DNA of 64,000 nucleotides, from IMG/VR virus record IMGVR_UViG_3300003320_000853; one strand, given 5' to 3'. The notes under the pieces were generated by a model. The model searched no databases and was not told the DNA's origin. It was given only the letters and a program-made list of their open reading frames with translations. The stretch is from a virus (lineage: Duplodnaviria; Caudoviricetes). This document shows positions 8,910 through 18,766 of this stretch, piece by piece (the first letter of the stretch is position 1; every line of letters starts with the position of its first letter). Position numbers and translations under genes: made by a program.

Positions 8910-10169
8910 ATGTACGCATACAACGAACTCGTCAGCCATGTGTTGGAGCACGGCGTCCGGAAGGAGAATCGGACGGGCATCGACACCCTGTCGACCTTCA
9001 ACTACAACTACGAGCTGGCCTGGGATCCCGCGGTCTACCCTCATCGTCCCGCGAGTGGGGAGCGCTGCCATCTCATCGATCGCCTTTACGGCGTGGAACC
9101 CCCCGATGTTGCCGCGCAGAAGACCGGCATCCCTTTCCCGCTCCTGACCACCAAAGCGGTGAGCTGGAAAAATATCGTTACGGAAATGTTGTGGTTTCTC
9201 TCGGGGCAGACGAACCTCGACATCCTCCGACGCCACGGGTGCAAGTTCTGGGACGACTGGGCCGACGAGAGGGGCGAGGTGCCGAGCGCCTACGGCAACT
9301 TCTGGCGACACTTCCCGGTTCACACGCCCAAGCCGCTGTGTTCCGGTTGCGGCCAAGTCGTGTACGGCCCCCATGGGTGTCCGGGGCCCGATTCGAGCCG
9401 GCCTCCGGCCAATCCTCCACCGGAGCCCGCCTTCAACGACCAGATCGCGTGGGTGCTCGCCGAGCTGCGGCGAAACCCCATGAGCCGGCGCATGGTCGTT
9501 TCGGCGTGGGCCCCGGGGAACGCGCAGACGAGCAAGCTCCCGCCCTGCCACGCGATGTTCGTGCTCAACGTACAGAACATCTCGCCCACTGCGCAGGAGG
9601 TTCACTATGGCCACAATTTCGGTTCGACGCCCGTTTGTGGCAATCGCGATAGTCGCGTCATCCTTCCCCATGGGACGGGCATGCAGCCTGGGATGGTTTG
9701 GTGTCCCGACTGTCAGAGCACCATGCAACAGGTGGGCGGGATTCCATTGAAGAATCCCGCCTCTGATCCGGATCCTCGACGACTCTGCCTTCACCTGACG
9801 CAGCGATCGTGCGACGTCGCCCTGGGGGTGCCCTACAACATCGCGTCCTACGCTCTGCTCCTCTGCCTCTTCTCACACCTGAGCGGAATCAAGCCGGGCA
9901 TCTTCGCCCACACGCTGATCGATGCCCACATCTACACGGCGAAGCCGGACGGCTCGAAGGCTGAGTTCGACCACGTGCCGGGTCTCAGGGAACAGATCGG
10001 GCGCTCGCCGCGTCCTCTCCCCCGCCTCATCATCGATCCGAGCATCCGCGAGCTGTCCGACATCGAGGCCCTCATGGCTCCCGGGGTCACCACGGACGAG
10101 ATCCTCCAGAAGTTCCGCCTGGAGGGGTACGATCCGCACCCGGCGATCCCCTTCCGCGTTGCGGTCTAG
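8910..10169 (+). CDS. thyA: thymidylate synthase with three insertions
   Basis: NRTG, FPLLTTK, EMLWFL, SRRMVVSAW, LPPCH, QRSCDVALGVPYNIASY, DAHIY, YDPHPAI. Confidence 0.95.
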   Translation: MYAYNELVSHVLEHGVRKENRTGIDTLSTFNYNYELAWDPAVYPHRPASGERCHLIDRLYGVEPPDVAAQKTGIPFPLLTTKAVSWKNIVTEMLWFLSGQTNLDILRRHGCKFWDDWADERGEVPSAYGNFWRHFPVHTPKPLCSGCGQVVYGPHGCPGPDSSRPPANPPPEPAFNDQIAWVLAELRRNPMSRRMVVSAWAPGNAQTSKLPPCHAMFVLNVQNISPTAQEVHYGHNFGSTPVCGNRDSRVILPHGTGMQPGMVWCPDCQSTMQQVGGIPLKNPASDPDPRRLCLHLTQRSCDVALGVPYNIASYALLLCLFSHLSGIKPGIFAHTLIDAHIYTAKPDGSKAEFDHVPGLREQIGRSPRPLPRLIIDPSIRELSDIEALMAPGVTTDEILQKFRLEGYDPHPAIPFRVAV

Positions 10170-10207
10170 GGGTTGATCGGCGATCCCCCGGCGGTGTATG
10201 TTGGTAC

Positions 10208-10624
10208 ATGCACAAGCCGATCATTCTCCGCGCCCTTCGCGCGGCACAGACCCCCACTCGGTTCGAGCATCTGACCCCGGCTCTTCGGGGCGCCATCTGC
10301 GGCGCCCTCTCGGAGTTCGAGACGATCCTGAGCGTCCGGCTGGAGAAGAGCCTCCCCACGGAATCGGTGATGGATGACCTCGGCGGCGTCCTCGCCGTCA
10401 TCTTCGTGATCGAGACCCTGGGGGAGCCCGGAGACAACCGGCCGATGATCGACAGCATCCAGCGCCAGGTGGACCGGGCCAAGGCGAGCCTGACGACGGC
10501 GCTCAAGCCGCCGGCCGAGAAGCGGGCCAAGCCCCTGGCCCGTCAGGAGCAGCCCAACATCGGCGGAGCTGGGTCTTCGGCCGTCAGTACCCCGTCCAAC
10601 ATTGGCGGCGCCGCCGGCCATTAG
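10208..10624 (+). CDS. hypothetical protein
   Basis: Preceded by TTGATC-N16-TGTA promoter. Confidence 0.65.
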   Translation: MHKPIILRALRAAQTPTRFEHLTPALRGAICGALSEFETILSVRLEKSLPTESVMDDLGGVLAVIFVIETLGEPGDNRPMIDSIQRQVDRAKASLTTALKPPAEKRAKPLARQEQPNIGGAGSSAVSTPSNIGGAAGH

Positions 10625-10646
10625 TTTCTGGTGTAAGGTCTCCTTC

Positions 10647-11105
10647 ATGGAGACCACCAACCGTCGTTGGAGGAAGGTAACCCCTGACGACAACATGTTC
10701 GACGTCTTGACGTGCGACACATGCGGTGCGCGGGCCTTTTTCCTCCAGGAGCAGGGCTCGGGAAACACGCGGCGTGTGATCGAGCGCCGGTGCACTTACC
10801 ACACGAATCTGGAGGCCATGTGCGACATGGCACAGGATGCTTTCGAGCGCCTCACCCCAGAGGAGCAGCGGCAGCATCGGCGGGAGCAGACGATCAGCTT
10901 CGTCGTGGGGAACCTTCACCTGGACGGCATCCCGGTCACCGCGGAGCAGGTTGCTCGGGCCATCGACCTCAAGGAGTTCCAGCGCTGCATCCGCGAGACG
11001 CGGGCTGCCTTCGCCAAGCTGTCCCCCACCGATCAGATGCTCTACAAGGCCCATCAGGCGGACTGGTACGACGACGGCGGGCTGAACCTCCCGGATCTGG
11101 CATGA
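10647..11105 (+). CDS. hypothetical protein with CxxC
   Basis: GGTGTA 11 nt before ATG 10647. Confidence 0.65.
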   Translation: METTNRRWRKVTPDDNMFDVLTCDTCGARAFFLQEQGSGNTRRVIERRCTYHTNLEAMCDMAQDAFERLTPEEQRQHRREQTISFVVGNLHLDGIPVTAEQVARAIDLKEFQRCIRETRAAFAKLSPTDQMLYKAHQADWYDDGGLNLPDLA

Positions 11106-11380
11106 GCGACTGGAAAGAGCGTGCCAGGGATCGGAAGGAGGCGCGGCAGTCGAAGGGGCCCGACGAATCCCCGCCCATCCCGGCGAAGAAGGACAAGAAG
11201 CGCTGGTGCGGCGGGCACGTGGGCCGGGAGCACGAGAAGGTCTGCATGCCCTACGACAACACCCAGGGCATCTTCAAGAACTGGCGTGTCCTCGCCTGCA
11301 AGAACTGCGGCAAGCGCTTCGAGTTCTACTACCCCTTCGGGCACTGGAAGAAGTCGAAGCCGACGTGGGTGACCTCATGA
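11102..11380 (+). CDS. hypothetical basic Cys-containing protein
   Basis: ATGA overlap; KRWCGG..GREH, CKNCG. Confidence 0.7.
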   Translation: MSDWKERARDRKEARQSKGPDESPPIPAKKDKKRWCGGHVGREHEKVCMPYDNTQGIFKNWRVLACKNCGKRFEFYYPFGHWKKSKPTWVTS

Positions 11381-11886
11381 ACGTAGGCATCATCGCGGCC
11401 ATGACCCCGGACGGCATCATCGGGGTCGACGGCACCCTCCCCTGGCACTACAAGGCCGACCTCCAGCGATTCAAGCGCCAGACGATGGGTAGCTCCATCG
11501 TCTTCGGGGCGCGCACCTACGAGACCCTTCCTGGCCGACTCACGGGCCGGGTCGTCGTCGCGGTGAGTCGAGAGAGGCACCGGACGTGGGATCACAATAA
11601 TTGGCCCGACGGGGTCTATGGGAGTCTCGGCGCTGCGATCCACTTCGGAAAAGTGAGGACGGGCACTGTGTGGATCGGCGGTGGAGGGGAAATCTACCGC
11701 CTCGCGCTCGAACAGGGACTCGTGGAATTCATCGATCTCACGATCGTCCCCCCCGTTGAGGTTTCTCCGACCTTCAAGGTCACGAGGTTCCCTGTGGATC
11801 TTCTTGTTGGGTGGTCTCTGATCGAAGAGGCCCCGAACCCTGATGATCCTCGACTCCTCCAACGACGATACGAGCGTCTCGCATAG
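11377..11886 (+). CDS. folA: dihydrofolate reductase
   Basis: IIG..GTLPWHYKADL.RFK..T, GARTYE, IGGGEIY. Confidence 0.9.
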   Translation: MNVGIIAAMTPDGIIGVDGTLPWHYKADLQRFKRQTMGSSIVFGARTYETLPGRLTGRVVVAVSRERHRTWDHNNWPDGVYGSLGAAIHFGKVRTGTVWIGGGGEIYRLALEQGLVEFIDLTIVPPVEVSPTFKVTRFPVDLLVGWSLIEEAPNPDDPRLLQRRYERLA

Positions 11887-13105
11887 GGTCTTCCGTCGCT
11901 TTCTTGCGGACATGATCGCGGACGTGCCCGTCCAGCTCGACAAATTCCGAAAGGAAATCGTCGAGCCCGCTCTCGCCAGAGAGAAACACGTCGAGGATGT
12001 GATGGTTCTGCTCCGAGCTTTCCTCAAGGCGCGTGAGGAAAGCAACGATGCCGAGAGCCAGCGTCTCTCCCAGGATCTCCGGCAAGAAGATCGGTTCATC
12101 ACCGAGGTGAAGCTTCATTTCAGCTCGGACTACTGGTATCGCAAGGGCAAGGTGATCGCCGCCCCGCTCTTCTGGGCGATCATTCAGCAATACGCGATGC
12201 CCCCGCGGGTGCGGACGGTTATCGAGGGCGCCTCTCGATTCTGGTCGAAGACCCGGATCATGGTGCGTCTCAAGGCCAAGCCTTACAGTGATGCCGGCCA
12301 CCTGGAGTATTGTGAGGCATACCTCAAGCTCTGCGGTGAACTGCGGAAGCAACTTGACGCGGGCCAGATGTCCGTCGACAAGGGACAGCTCCATTCATCT
12401 CCGGATGCGACGACGAAGCTCAAGGCTGGGAGTTTCACCCTCATCAACACGGGCGGCTTCGATGACGACTTGATGAAGGGCGTCGTCGAGACCGTGGAGA
12501 AGGCTGAGCACGCGATGCGAGGCATCGGTCTCGGCAAGGTATGCTACGGGGACATCATGGTCACGAAGACCATCAAGTCGAAGACCACCGTGGCGGCCTT
12601 CTATGTCCTCGTCAACGATGAGATGTTCGTTCGAGCGAACGTCAAGCCCCACTGGGACACGGTACAGGTGGTCTGCCATGAGCTCGCGCATCGCTACCAG
12701 AACAAATTCCTCAAGGGTAAGCAGCGCGAGATCGACGATATTTACCGGCAGATCAGCAGAGCGAGCCGGATCACCGAAGACTTCCCCATCGAGATGTATC
12801 CGATGGCTGGTGACACGATCGTCGATCCGAAGTATGGTGAGCTCCAGGTCGTCAAACCTGACTATTCCAAGCAGAGCGTCAAGCTGATCTCGGATCAGAT
12901 GCCGGGTGTCTCCCTGTCGCTCCCTCTGGCCGCTTGGCTCAAGGCCAAGCACATTCAATGGCCCCCTCACGACGACACCAAGCTTCAATGGGTGACGGGC
13001 TATGCCAAGAAGGATCCCGACGAGAACTTCGCAGAGATGGTGTCCTTTCATGCGCTCGGAAAGCTCCCGCCTCCGCTGATCTCTTTGCTCGAACCCCTGC
13101 TATGA
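11843..13105 (+). CDS. zincin-like metallopeptidase (HExxH) carrying RVxxRF signal
   Basis: VCHELAHRY and GYAKKDPDENFAE; N-terminal SHRVFRRFLA; start uncertain. Confidence 0.75.
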   Translation: MILDSSNDDTSVSHRVFRRFLADMIADVPVQLDKFRKEIVEPALAREKHVEDVMVLLRAFLKAREESNDAESQRLSQDLRQEDRFITEVKLHFSSDYWYRKGKVIAAPLFWAIIQQYAMPPRVRTVIEGASRFWSKTRIMVRLKAKPYSDAGHLEYCEAYLKLCGELRKQLDAGQMSVDKGQLHSSPDATTKLKAGSFTLINTGGFDDDLMKGVVETVEKAEHAMRGIGLGKVCYGDIMVTKTIKSKTTVAAFYVLVNDEMFVRANVKPHWDTVQVVCHELAHRYQNKFLKGKQREIDDIYRQISRASRITEDFPIEMYPMAGDTIVDPKYGELQVVKPDYSKQSVKLISDQMPGVSLSLPLAAWLKAKHIQWPPHDDTKLQWVTGYAKKDPDENFAEMVSFHALGKLPPPLISLLEPLL

Positions 13106-13512
13106 TGCCCACATCCGACGCGAACGATGCCCTCCCGCTCAACACCTACTTCGCCGTCCAGCTCTTTCCTGGGGAGTTGGACAGTACGGCGATTGAGCCA
13201 GTCTTTCGGGTCTCAGCCGAGCACCGGAAATTCTTCCGGCGGCTCGAAATCCTCGACACCTTCTCCATGGGGTCGAACACTTTCCTTCGTTGCCGCGTAG
13301 ACCAGCCGGAGATGGCCGCCGTCCTCAACGAGGTCTTGCAGACCGGGCGCGGCGTTCTCTTTCGCTTGGGGGTGTCCTACATCGCCATGCTCCCTGGGGG
13401 CCGCACGGGCACAGTGGACCCTATGAAGATGCACTCCGCTTTCCAGGGGGGCCATCGCCGTCTCTACAAGGGGACGAAGATCAAGGGGTGGGAGCGGCAA
13501 TTCGCCGCGTAG
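13102..13512 (+). CDS. hypothetical protein
   Basis: ATGA overlap with the upstream stop. Confidence 0.65.
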   Translation: MMPTSDANDALPLNTYFAVQLFPGELDSTAIEPVFRVSAEHRKFFRRLEILDTFSMGSNTFLRCRVDQPEMAAVLNEVLQTGRGVLFRLGVSYIAMLPGGRTGTVDPMKMHSAFQGGHRRLYKGTKIKGWERQFAA

Positions 13513-13538
13513 GGATCCTTCTATGGCTTCGTGAAGAC

Positions 13539-14315
13539 GTGGATCTTCGCGTCGCCGCCGTCCAGTTCGCCCCCACCTTCGGAGACTTGCACGGGAACCT
13601 CCGGAGGATCGCCCATCTCGTGCTTGCCGCAACCGAGAACGGGGCCAGGCTCGTCGTCCTACCCGAGCTTGCAACGACAGGCTACGGGTTCATGGACGAA
13701 GAGGAGGCGGCTCCCTTCGCCGAGGTCATCTCCCCCGAGAGCCTGACGATGAAGGCGATGATGGCGCTCGCCAAGAGCCGCAACGCCCATCTCGTGTGGG
13801 GGATGGTCGAGCGCGACAAGGGGACCGGCGACCTCTACAACACACAGGTGATCGTCGACCCCACGGGATTCTTCGAGAGCTACCGCAAGGTCAACCTATG
13901 GGGGAACGACAAGCTGTGGGCACAGCCCGGGCGGGGGAGTCCTCCGGTCATCCGGGCGCGGTTCGAGATCGGCATCGGCGAACCCACCCTGACGAAGAAG
14001 GTCGGGCTTCTAATCTGCCGGGACGTCCGGAACAAGGACGGCAAGGATGGAGAGCTGTACGAGAAGGGCGACGCCGACATCGTGGCCTTCTCGGCCAACT
14101 GGGGTGACGGTGGCTTCCCGGCGACCGCCTGGTGGGAGTTCGCGGAGGACAACAAGGTGTGGCTCATCGTGGCCAACCGCTACGGCAAGGAAGTCCCCAA
14201 CGACTTCGGCGAGGGCGGGATCTGCGTCATCTCCCCCGAGGGGAAGGTGCACTGCAAGGGCCTCAAGGGGCACTGGTTTCAGGACTACATCGTGTACTGC
14301 GACATCCCGGAGTGA
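13539..14315 (+). CDS. carbon-nitrogen hydrolase (nitrilase superfamily)
   Basis: VAAVQF; triad LPELATTGY / YRK / ICRD; ANRYG. Confidence 0.9.
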   Translation: MDLRVAAVQFAPTFGDLHGNLRRIAHLVLAATENGARLVVLPELATTGYGFMDEEEAAPFAEVISPESLTMKAMMALAKSRNAHLVWGMVERDKGTGDLYNTQVIVDPTGFFESYRKVNLWGNDKLWAQPGRGSPPVIRARFEIGIGEPTLTKKVGLLICRDVRNKDGKDGELYEKGDADIVAFSANWGDGGFPATAWWEFAEDNKVWLIVANRYGKEVPNDFGEGGICVISPEGKVHCKGLKGHWFQDYIVYCDIPE

Positions 14316-14317
14316 TC

Positions 14318-14956
14318 ATGCTCCCGGCGCTACCTGTGATCGATCTGCTCTCTGTTCAACCCGATGCGGACGGTTTGGACATCTGGGCCGAAGATTTCGA
14401 TCGGAATTCTGTTCCGGCAGGGATCGGCGTCTACTGCTTCTACGACCCTACCACAGGAATGCCCCACTACATCGGGTCAGGTTGCGCGATCCACGCGAAT
14501 GGGGTGGGGGTATGGCGTCGGATCCTCGACTATCGGAAAGGCCCCAAGCAGTTCGTAGCCGCGCACAACAGGCGGATCGGCGAGGCTGTTCGCACCCTGG
14601 GTCTCCGACTCAAGGTGTGGTTGGTGGCCAGCAACGGGGACGCCAGGAAGTACGAGATGGATGCCATCGCCAAGTACCGGCCGTCCCTCAATAAGGTTGG
14701 CGCAGATGACCCGACACAAACGCTCGAAGCGGAGCGAGCCCAGGCACAAGCCTGTCACGACCGATCTCGGGCCAAATGGCTTGGAGTCTACGATCCCAAC
14801 GCTGTGAAACCTTGTAGCCGGTGCAAGACACCCAAGAAGTGTTCGGAATACCGTCGTTGTGATGGTTTCCCATTCGGCGTTCACAGGGCCTGCAAAACTT
14901 GTGAGAAGCTATCGAGGGCACAGATCAAGCAGCACAGCGTGGAGGGCGCGGAATGA
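14318..14956 (+). CDS. GIY-YIG endonuclease with C-terminal Zn finger
   Basis: GVYCFY...HYIGSG, E....KY.PSLN, CSRC..CKTC. Confidence 0.75.
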   Translation: MLPALPVIDLLSVQPDADGLDIWAEDFDRNSVPAGIGVYCFYDPTTGMPHYIGSGCAIHANGVGVWRRILDYRKGPKQFVAAHNRRIGEAVRTLGLRLKVWLVASNGDARKYEMDAIAKYRPSLNKVGADDPTQTLEAERAQAQACHDRSRAKWLGVYDPNAVKPCSRCKTPKKCSEYRRCDGFPFGVHRACKTCEKLSRAQIKQHSVEGAE

Positions 14957-15990
14957 ATCTCGTCGCTCGTGTCGTGGCTCGCTTCCTCCAGGCCGAGGAC
15001 GGTGAGGAGAAGAAACCCGGTAAGGGAGGCGTCCCCGCACGTTGGCAGGAGTTCCTCGACAAGGTTCATCACGGGGGCAAGGAAAGGGTCAAGAATCCCA
15101 ACCCGAAGACCCAGAGCCGCCACAAGGAAGTCGCTTACAGTACCGCCCTCAAATACCCGAAGTTCTTCTTGGAGGCGATGAAGGAGTACAACGAGTGGGC
15201 CAAGAAGAACCCCAAGGACAAGGGTGAGGGCGGCGCCAAGGGGAAGGCTCCCGAGGAGAAGCCGAAGTCTAGGACGCCGCTTCCGGAGGCCATCAAGGAT
15301 GCGGTCACGCGCGTCTTCGGGGACAACCCTCCGAGCGTGGAAGACTTCGAGGAGATGTTCTCGGTCGGGAAGGACCACAAGACCAAGATCACGAAGATCC
15401 GTCACGTCAAGGGAGCGGTGACCAACGATTTCGACTTCGAGGGGGATCCCGCCGAGCATGTCGTTCGGGGATCGGTCGAGGTCAACTACGAGATCCATGA
15501 CAAGGACGGGAAGGTCATCGGCCACGGAGCCCAGAACTTCAATACTGTCGACGGGGAGAAAGTCGTTTTCAACCAAGAGGTGAAGCTCGACGAGAAGTCC
15601 CAGGGACAAGGTCTCGGGAAGACCATGTTGAAGAACAACTTCACGGCGTTCAAGAAGATGGGCGTCAAGAAGTCCATGCTGAACGCCGACTGGAAGGGGC
15701 GCTACGTTTGGCCGCGCATGGGGTATGACTCGGACCCCGATACCGTGAATGCGATGAAGGACGACCTCCGGAAGCATCTTCGCACCGAGGTTGGGATCTC
15801 GAAGGCGGCAGCGGACAAGATCCTCGATGCCTGCAAGACGCTCCACGACATTTCTTCGGTTCGCGTCGACGGAGAACACGCGGGGAAGGATTTCCTCTTG
15901 AGCAAGAGGGCGAGAGTGTTCAGCGCCAGCATCTCGTTGGACGATGACGACCCGGGCTTCAAAATTTTGAAGGAATACGTGGGACTATGA
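14953..15990 (+). CDS. GNAT-domain protein carrying RVxARF signal
   Basis: MNLVARVVARFLQA; acetyl-CoA loop QGQGLGK; GRYVWPRMGY. Confidence 0.75.
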   Translation: MNLVARVVARFLQAEDGEEKKPGKGGVPARWQEFLDKVHHGGKERVKNPNPKTQSRHKEVAYSTALKYPKFFLEAMKEYNEWAKKNPKDKGEGGAKGKAPEEKPKSRTPLPEAIKDAVTRVFGDNPPSVEDFEEMFSVGKDHKTKITKIRHVKGAVTNDFDFEGDPAEHVVRGSVEVNYEIHDKDGKVIGHGAQNFNTVDGEKVVFNQEVKLDEKSQGQGLGKTMLKNNFTAFKKMGVKKSMLNADWKGRYVWPRMGYDSDPDTVNAMKDDLRKHLRTEVGISKAAADKILDACKTLHDISSVRVDGEHAGKDFLLSKRARVFSASISLDDDDPGFKILKEYVGL

Positions 15991-16181
15991 AGGCGGATGG
16001 TGATCTCACGTCTGACTTGGAAGGCGAAGTCGACAAGGGCGACTTCCTTGAATTCGACAAGGAGGGGAACCCCAAGAAGGCCAGCCTCGCAGCCCGCGTA
16101 CTCGCTCGTTTCCAACAAGCTTCAACAGGAGATGCCCATGACCATCGCCGCCACGTGCTTCCTCCTCGCTCCGACCGATAA
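15987..16181 (+). CDS. small acidic protein with RVLARF motif
   Basis: ATGA overlap; SLAARVLARFQQAS. Confidence 0.55.
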   Translation: MKADGDLTSDLEGEVDKGDFLEFDKEGNPKKASLAARVLARFQQASTGDAHDHRRHVLPPRSDR

Positions 16182-16695
16182 GGCTCGGCTCAAGCTTCGC
16201 CGGTACAAGAGCGGCTCCGGGACGTGTGAGGGCGCCGATGCCTATCACAATGCGTCGACCCCATTTGCCGTCGTCCCGGCGAACCTCGACAAGCAAGGGT
16301 ACCTCCAGCCTTGCGACCAGCTCGCGCCCTCTCACGACGACCCCCGCTGGCCTACGAAGTGCGAGGGGTGCGCCTACGAATTCCAGGAGGAGGACAAGTG
16401 GCAGCTCTTCCAGGAGATGCTCTACGTGCGCCCGGACACGGGCGAAGTCTTCACCCTTCGGGAGGCGCCGGTCGGGGCCATGTGGGACGCCTTCTGGCTC
16501 CCCTGGAAGGGGTCGGACGGACGCTCCCTCGTGGTGATGACCCCCGCTGGCGAATGGTCGATCGACGGCCCCTCCGAAAGCGGGGGCTACTGGACGCGGA
16601 CGGGCGAGCCCCCCAGGATCTCGGTGCAGCCGTCGATCCACTTTCCGGGGAAGTACCACGGGTGGCTCACGAACGGCGTGCTCACGCCGTGTTGA
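16138..16695 (+). CDS. DUF6527-like protein
   Basis: WTRTGEPPRISVQPSI..YHGWLTNG; AGGAG SD. Confidence 0.7.
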   Translation: MTIAATCFLLAPTDKARLKLRRYKSGSGTCEGADAYHNASTPFAVVPANLDKQGYLQPCDQLAPSHDDPRWPTKCEGCAYEFQEEDKWQLFQEMLYVRPDTGEVFTLREAPVGAMWDAFWLPWKGSDGRSLVVMTPAGEWSIDGPSESGGYWTRTGEPPRISVQPSIHFPGKYHGWLTNGVLTPC

Positions 16696-16725
16696 TTGTG
16701 TACGGCTTCGGCTTGTAGCAGGGGC

Positions 16726-17121
16726 ATGAGGCTCAAGTTCGTTTGGTTGGTTCGGAATCCAGACCCTCTCGTTCTTGCCGACGACCCTGTTTTCCTCGCC
16801 GACGAGGATCCGGAAGCGCGGAGGATCAACGAGTTCTGCTCCGAGGTTGGGGTCGAGAACGAGGCACTGTTCCGGGTCTATCTCGGGACATCGGATGCGA
16901 AAGATCCGTACCGCTGGGAGAACGAGAAGACAACCCTCTACACGGAAGAGGAGGAGGCCAAGGTAGACGCTCGCAAGCGGCTTGCGGCGCTCAGGCGGAA
17001 GTACACCGGGGCCAAGTGCCCCACGTGCAAGGGTCGTGGAATCGTGGGGGATATCCCTCACGGTGCCTGGGAGGTCTGTTCCGCCTGTCGCGGGGGTGGT
17101 CACGTTCCGCGGACGGTGTAG
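16726..17121 (+). CDS. hypothetical protein with DnaJ-type CxxCxGxG Zn finger
   Basis: CPTCKGRG...CSACRGGG; TTGATT-N16-TGTA promoter. Confidence 0.7.
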   Translation: MRLKFVWLVRNPDPLVLADDPVFLADEDPEARRINEFCSEVGVENEALFRVYLGTSDAKDPYRWENEKTTLYTEEEEAKVDARKRLAALRRKYTGAKCPTCKGRGIVGDIPHGAWEVCSACRGGGHVPRTV

Positions 17122-17129
17122 GATCGGAC

Positions 17130-18392
17130 ATGGCCGAGAAGCCCATCCCGAGGTGCGGGTTCTGTAAGAAACCGCGCAACGAAGTCAAGAACCTGGCAGG
17201 GGCCGGAGACGATGGCCCCCTCATCTGCGACAAGTGCGCTCGGCAGTTCACCCAGACGTTCGTCGAAGCCGAGCTGAAGAGGACCGAAGAGAAGCGCTTC
17301 GTTCTCCGCAAGCCGCGGGAGATCCGGGCCTTCCTCGACGACTACGTGATCGGGCAGGAGCGCGCCAAGCTCGATGTGAGCGTGGCGATCTACGAGCACT
17401 ACAAGCGCCGGAAGGCCGCCAAGGCCGGGGATGACCTCGGGGTCGAGATCCAGAAGAGCAACATGCTCGTCCTCGGACCAAGCGGCACGGGCAAGACGGA
17501 AATCTTCCGCACCGTGGCCCGCATGCTCGGGGTGCCTTTCTTCGTCGCCGACGCGACGAAGCTCACCCAGGCAGGGTACGTCGGGGACGACGTCGAGTCC
17601 ATCCTCCAGGGGCTCATCGCCGACGCAAACGGGGACATCGAGCGGGCGCAGTGGGGGATCATCCTCATCGACGAGATCGACAAGCTCGCCCGGAAGAGCG
17701 GGCGGGGCGCGACCGGCTACCGTGACGTGACCGGGGAGGGTGTTCAGCAGGCGCTGCTCAAGCTCCTCGAAGGCTCGCGCGTGAATGTCCCCCGGGGGAT
17801 GGGCAAGTCCATCATCGCCAACATGGAGTTCGACACGATCGACACGTCGAACATCCTCTTCATCGGAGCGGGCAGCTTCGCCGGGATCGAAGAGGCCATC
17901 AGCCGGCGCCTGAACAAAGATTCGGGCCTCGGGTTCGGCGCCGCCGACCGGAAGAAGGTCTCGAAGACGGACGCTTATCTCGCGGTCGAGGAAGACGACA
18001 TCCTCGACTTCGGGATGATCCCCGAGCTGATGGGCCGCATGCCGGTCATCACGACCACGATCGACCTCACCGAGGACGAGCTGATCGAGATCCTGACCAA
18101 GCCGAAGAACGCGATCATCAAGCAGTTCGTCGCGTCCTTCCGGATGGACAATATCGACCTCCAGTTCGACGAAGCTGCCCTCCGGGCCATCGCTCGCGAC
18201 GCGAAGAAGCGTCCCACCGGAGCCAGGGCGCTCCGGGCCATCGTCAAGCGGACCATCCGCCAGTTCAGCTACGACGCCCCGAGCGACCCGACCATCGGCT
18301 CGATCCGGGTCACAGAGGAGACCGTCACGAACGGCGCCGCGCCGGTCATTCTCCGCCGGGAGGCACCGGAGAAGCAGGAGGCGACCGGATGA
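17130..18392 (+). CDS. clpX: ATP-dependent Clp protease ATP-binding subunit ClpX
   Basis: C4 Zn domain, YVIGQ, GPSGTGKT, AGYVG, IDEIDK, GEGVQQALLK, LGF loop, TGARALR. Confidence 0.95.
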   Translation: MAEKPIPRCGFCKKPRNEVKNLAGAGDDGPLICDKCARQFTQTFVEAELKRTEEKRFVLRKPREIRAFLDDYVIGQERAKLDVSVAIYEHYKRRKAAKAGDDLGVEIQKSNMLVLGPSGTGKTEIFRTVARMLGVPFFVADATKLTQAGYVGDDVESILQGLIADANGDIERAQWGIILIDEIDKLARKSGRGATGYRDVTGEGVQQALLKLLEGSRVNVPRGMGKSIIANMEFDTIDTSNILFIGAGSFAGIEEAISRRLNKDSGLGFGAADRKKVSKTDAYLAVEEDDILDFGMIPELMGRMPVITTTIDLTEDELIEILTKPKNAIIKQFVASFRMDNIDLQFDEAALRAIARDAKKRPTGARALRAIVKRTIRQFSYDAPSDPTIGSIRVTEETVTNGAAPVILRREAPEKQEATG

Positions 18393-18766
18393 ACCTCGAC
18401 GAGGCCGCCAAGCAGGTTCGGGCTGGCAAGCGGGTCGCTCGCAAGGGCAAATCTCACAACGTCCTCTATGTCAGCGGACATTCGGTCACGATCTCCGATG
18501 AGGTGTGGTGCTCCTTCCGTCCCCTCACCGACGAGGAGCGGTCGGCCACCGACTGGCTGGCCGAGCACATCACCTGGGCGGTCAAACACCGCGTCAGAGG
18601 GATCTACATTCAGGAAGTCGATGACTGGCGCCTCGGGGGAACGCGCACACGTCGTGAGGCCATGCGTTTCCTGACGCTCGAAGCAGCCCGGGAGGAGCGG
18701 AACGGATGGGTCAGCCGTAAGAACCGCAAAAACTACGCCATCGTGAAGATCACGACGCGGGCATGA
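18389..18766 (+). CDS. hypothetical protein (DUF2829-like N-terminus)
   Basis: AGKRVARKG...ATDW; ATGA overlap. Confidence 0.65.
   Translation: MNLDEAAKQVRAGKRVARKGKSHNVLYVSGHSVTISDEVWCSFRPLTDEERSATDWLAEHITWAVKHRVRGIYIQEVDDWRLGGTRTRREAMRFLTLEAAREERNGWVSRKNRKNYAIVKITTRA

Noticed and set aside
8910-10169. ThyA as a dCMP hydroxymethylase or intein-containing gene
   Set aside because: The specificity residue is Asn (PYN), not Asp; the insertions lack intein C/S...HN termini.
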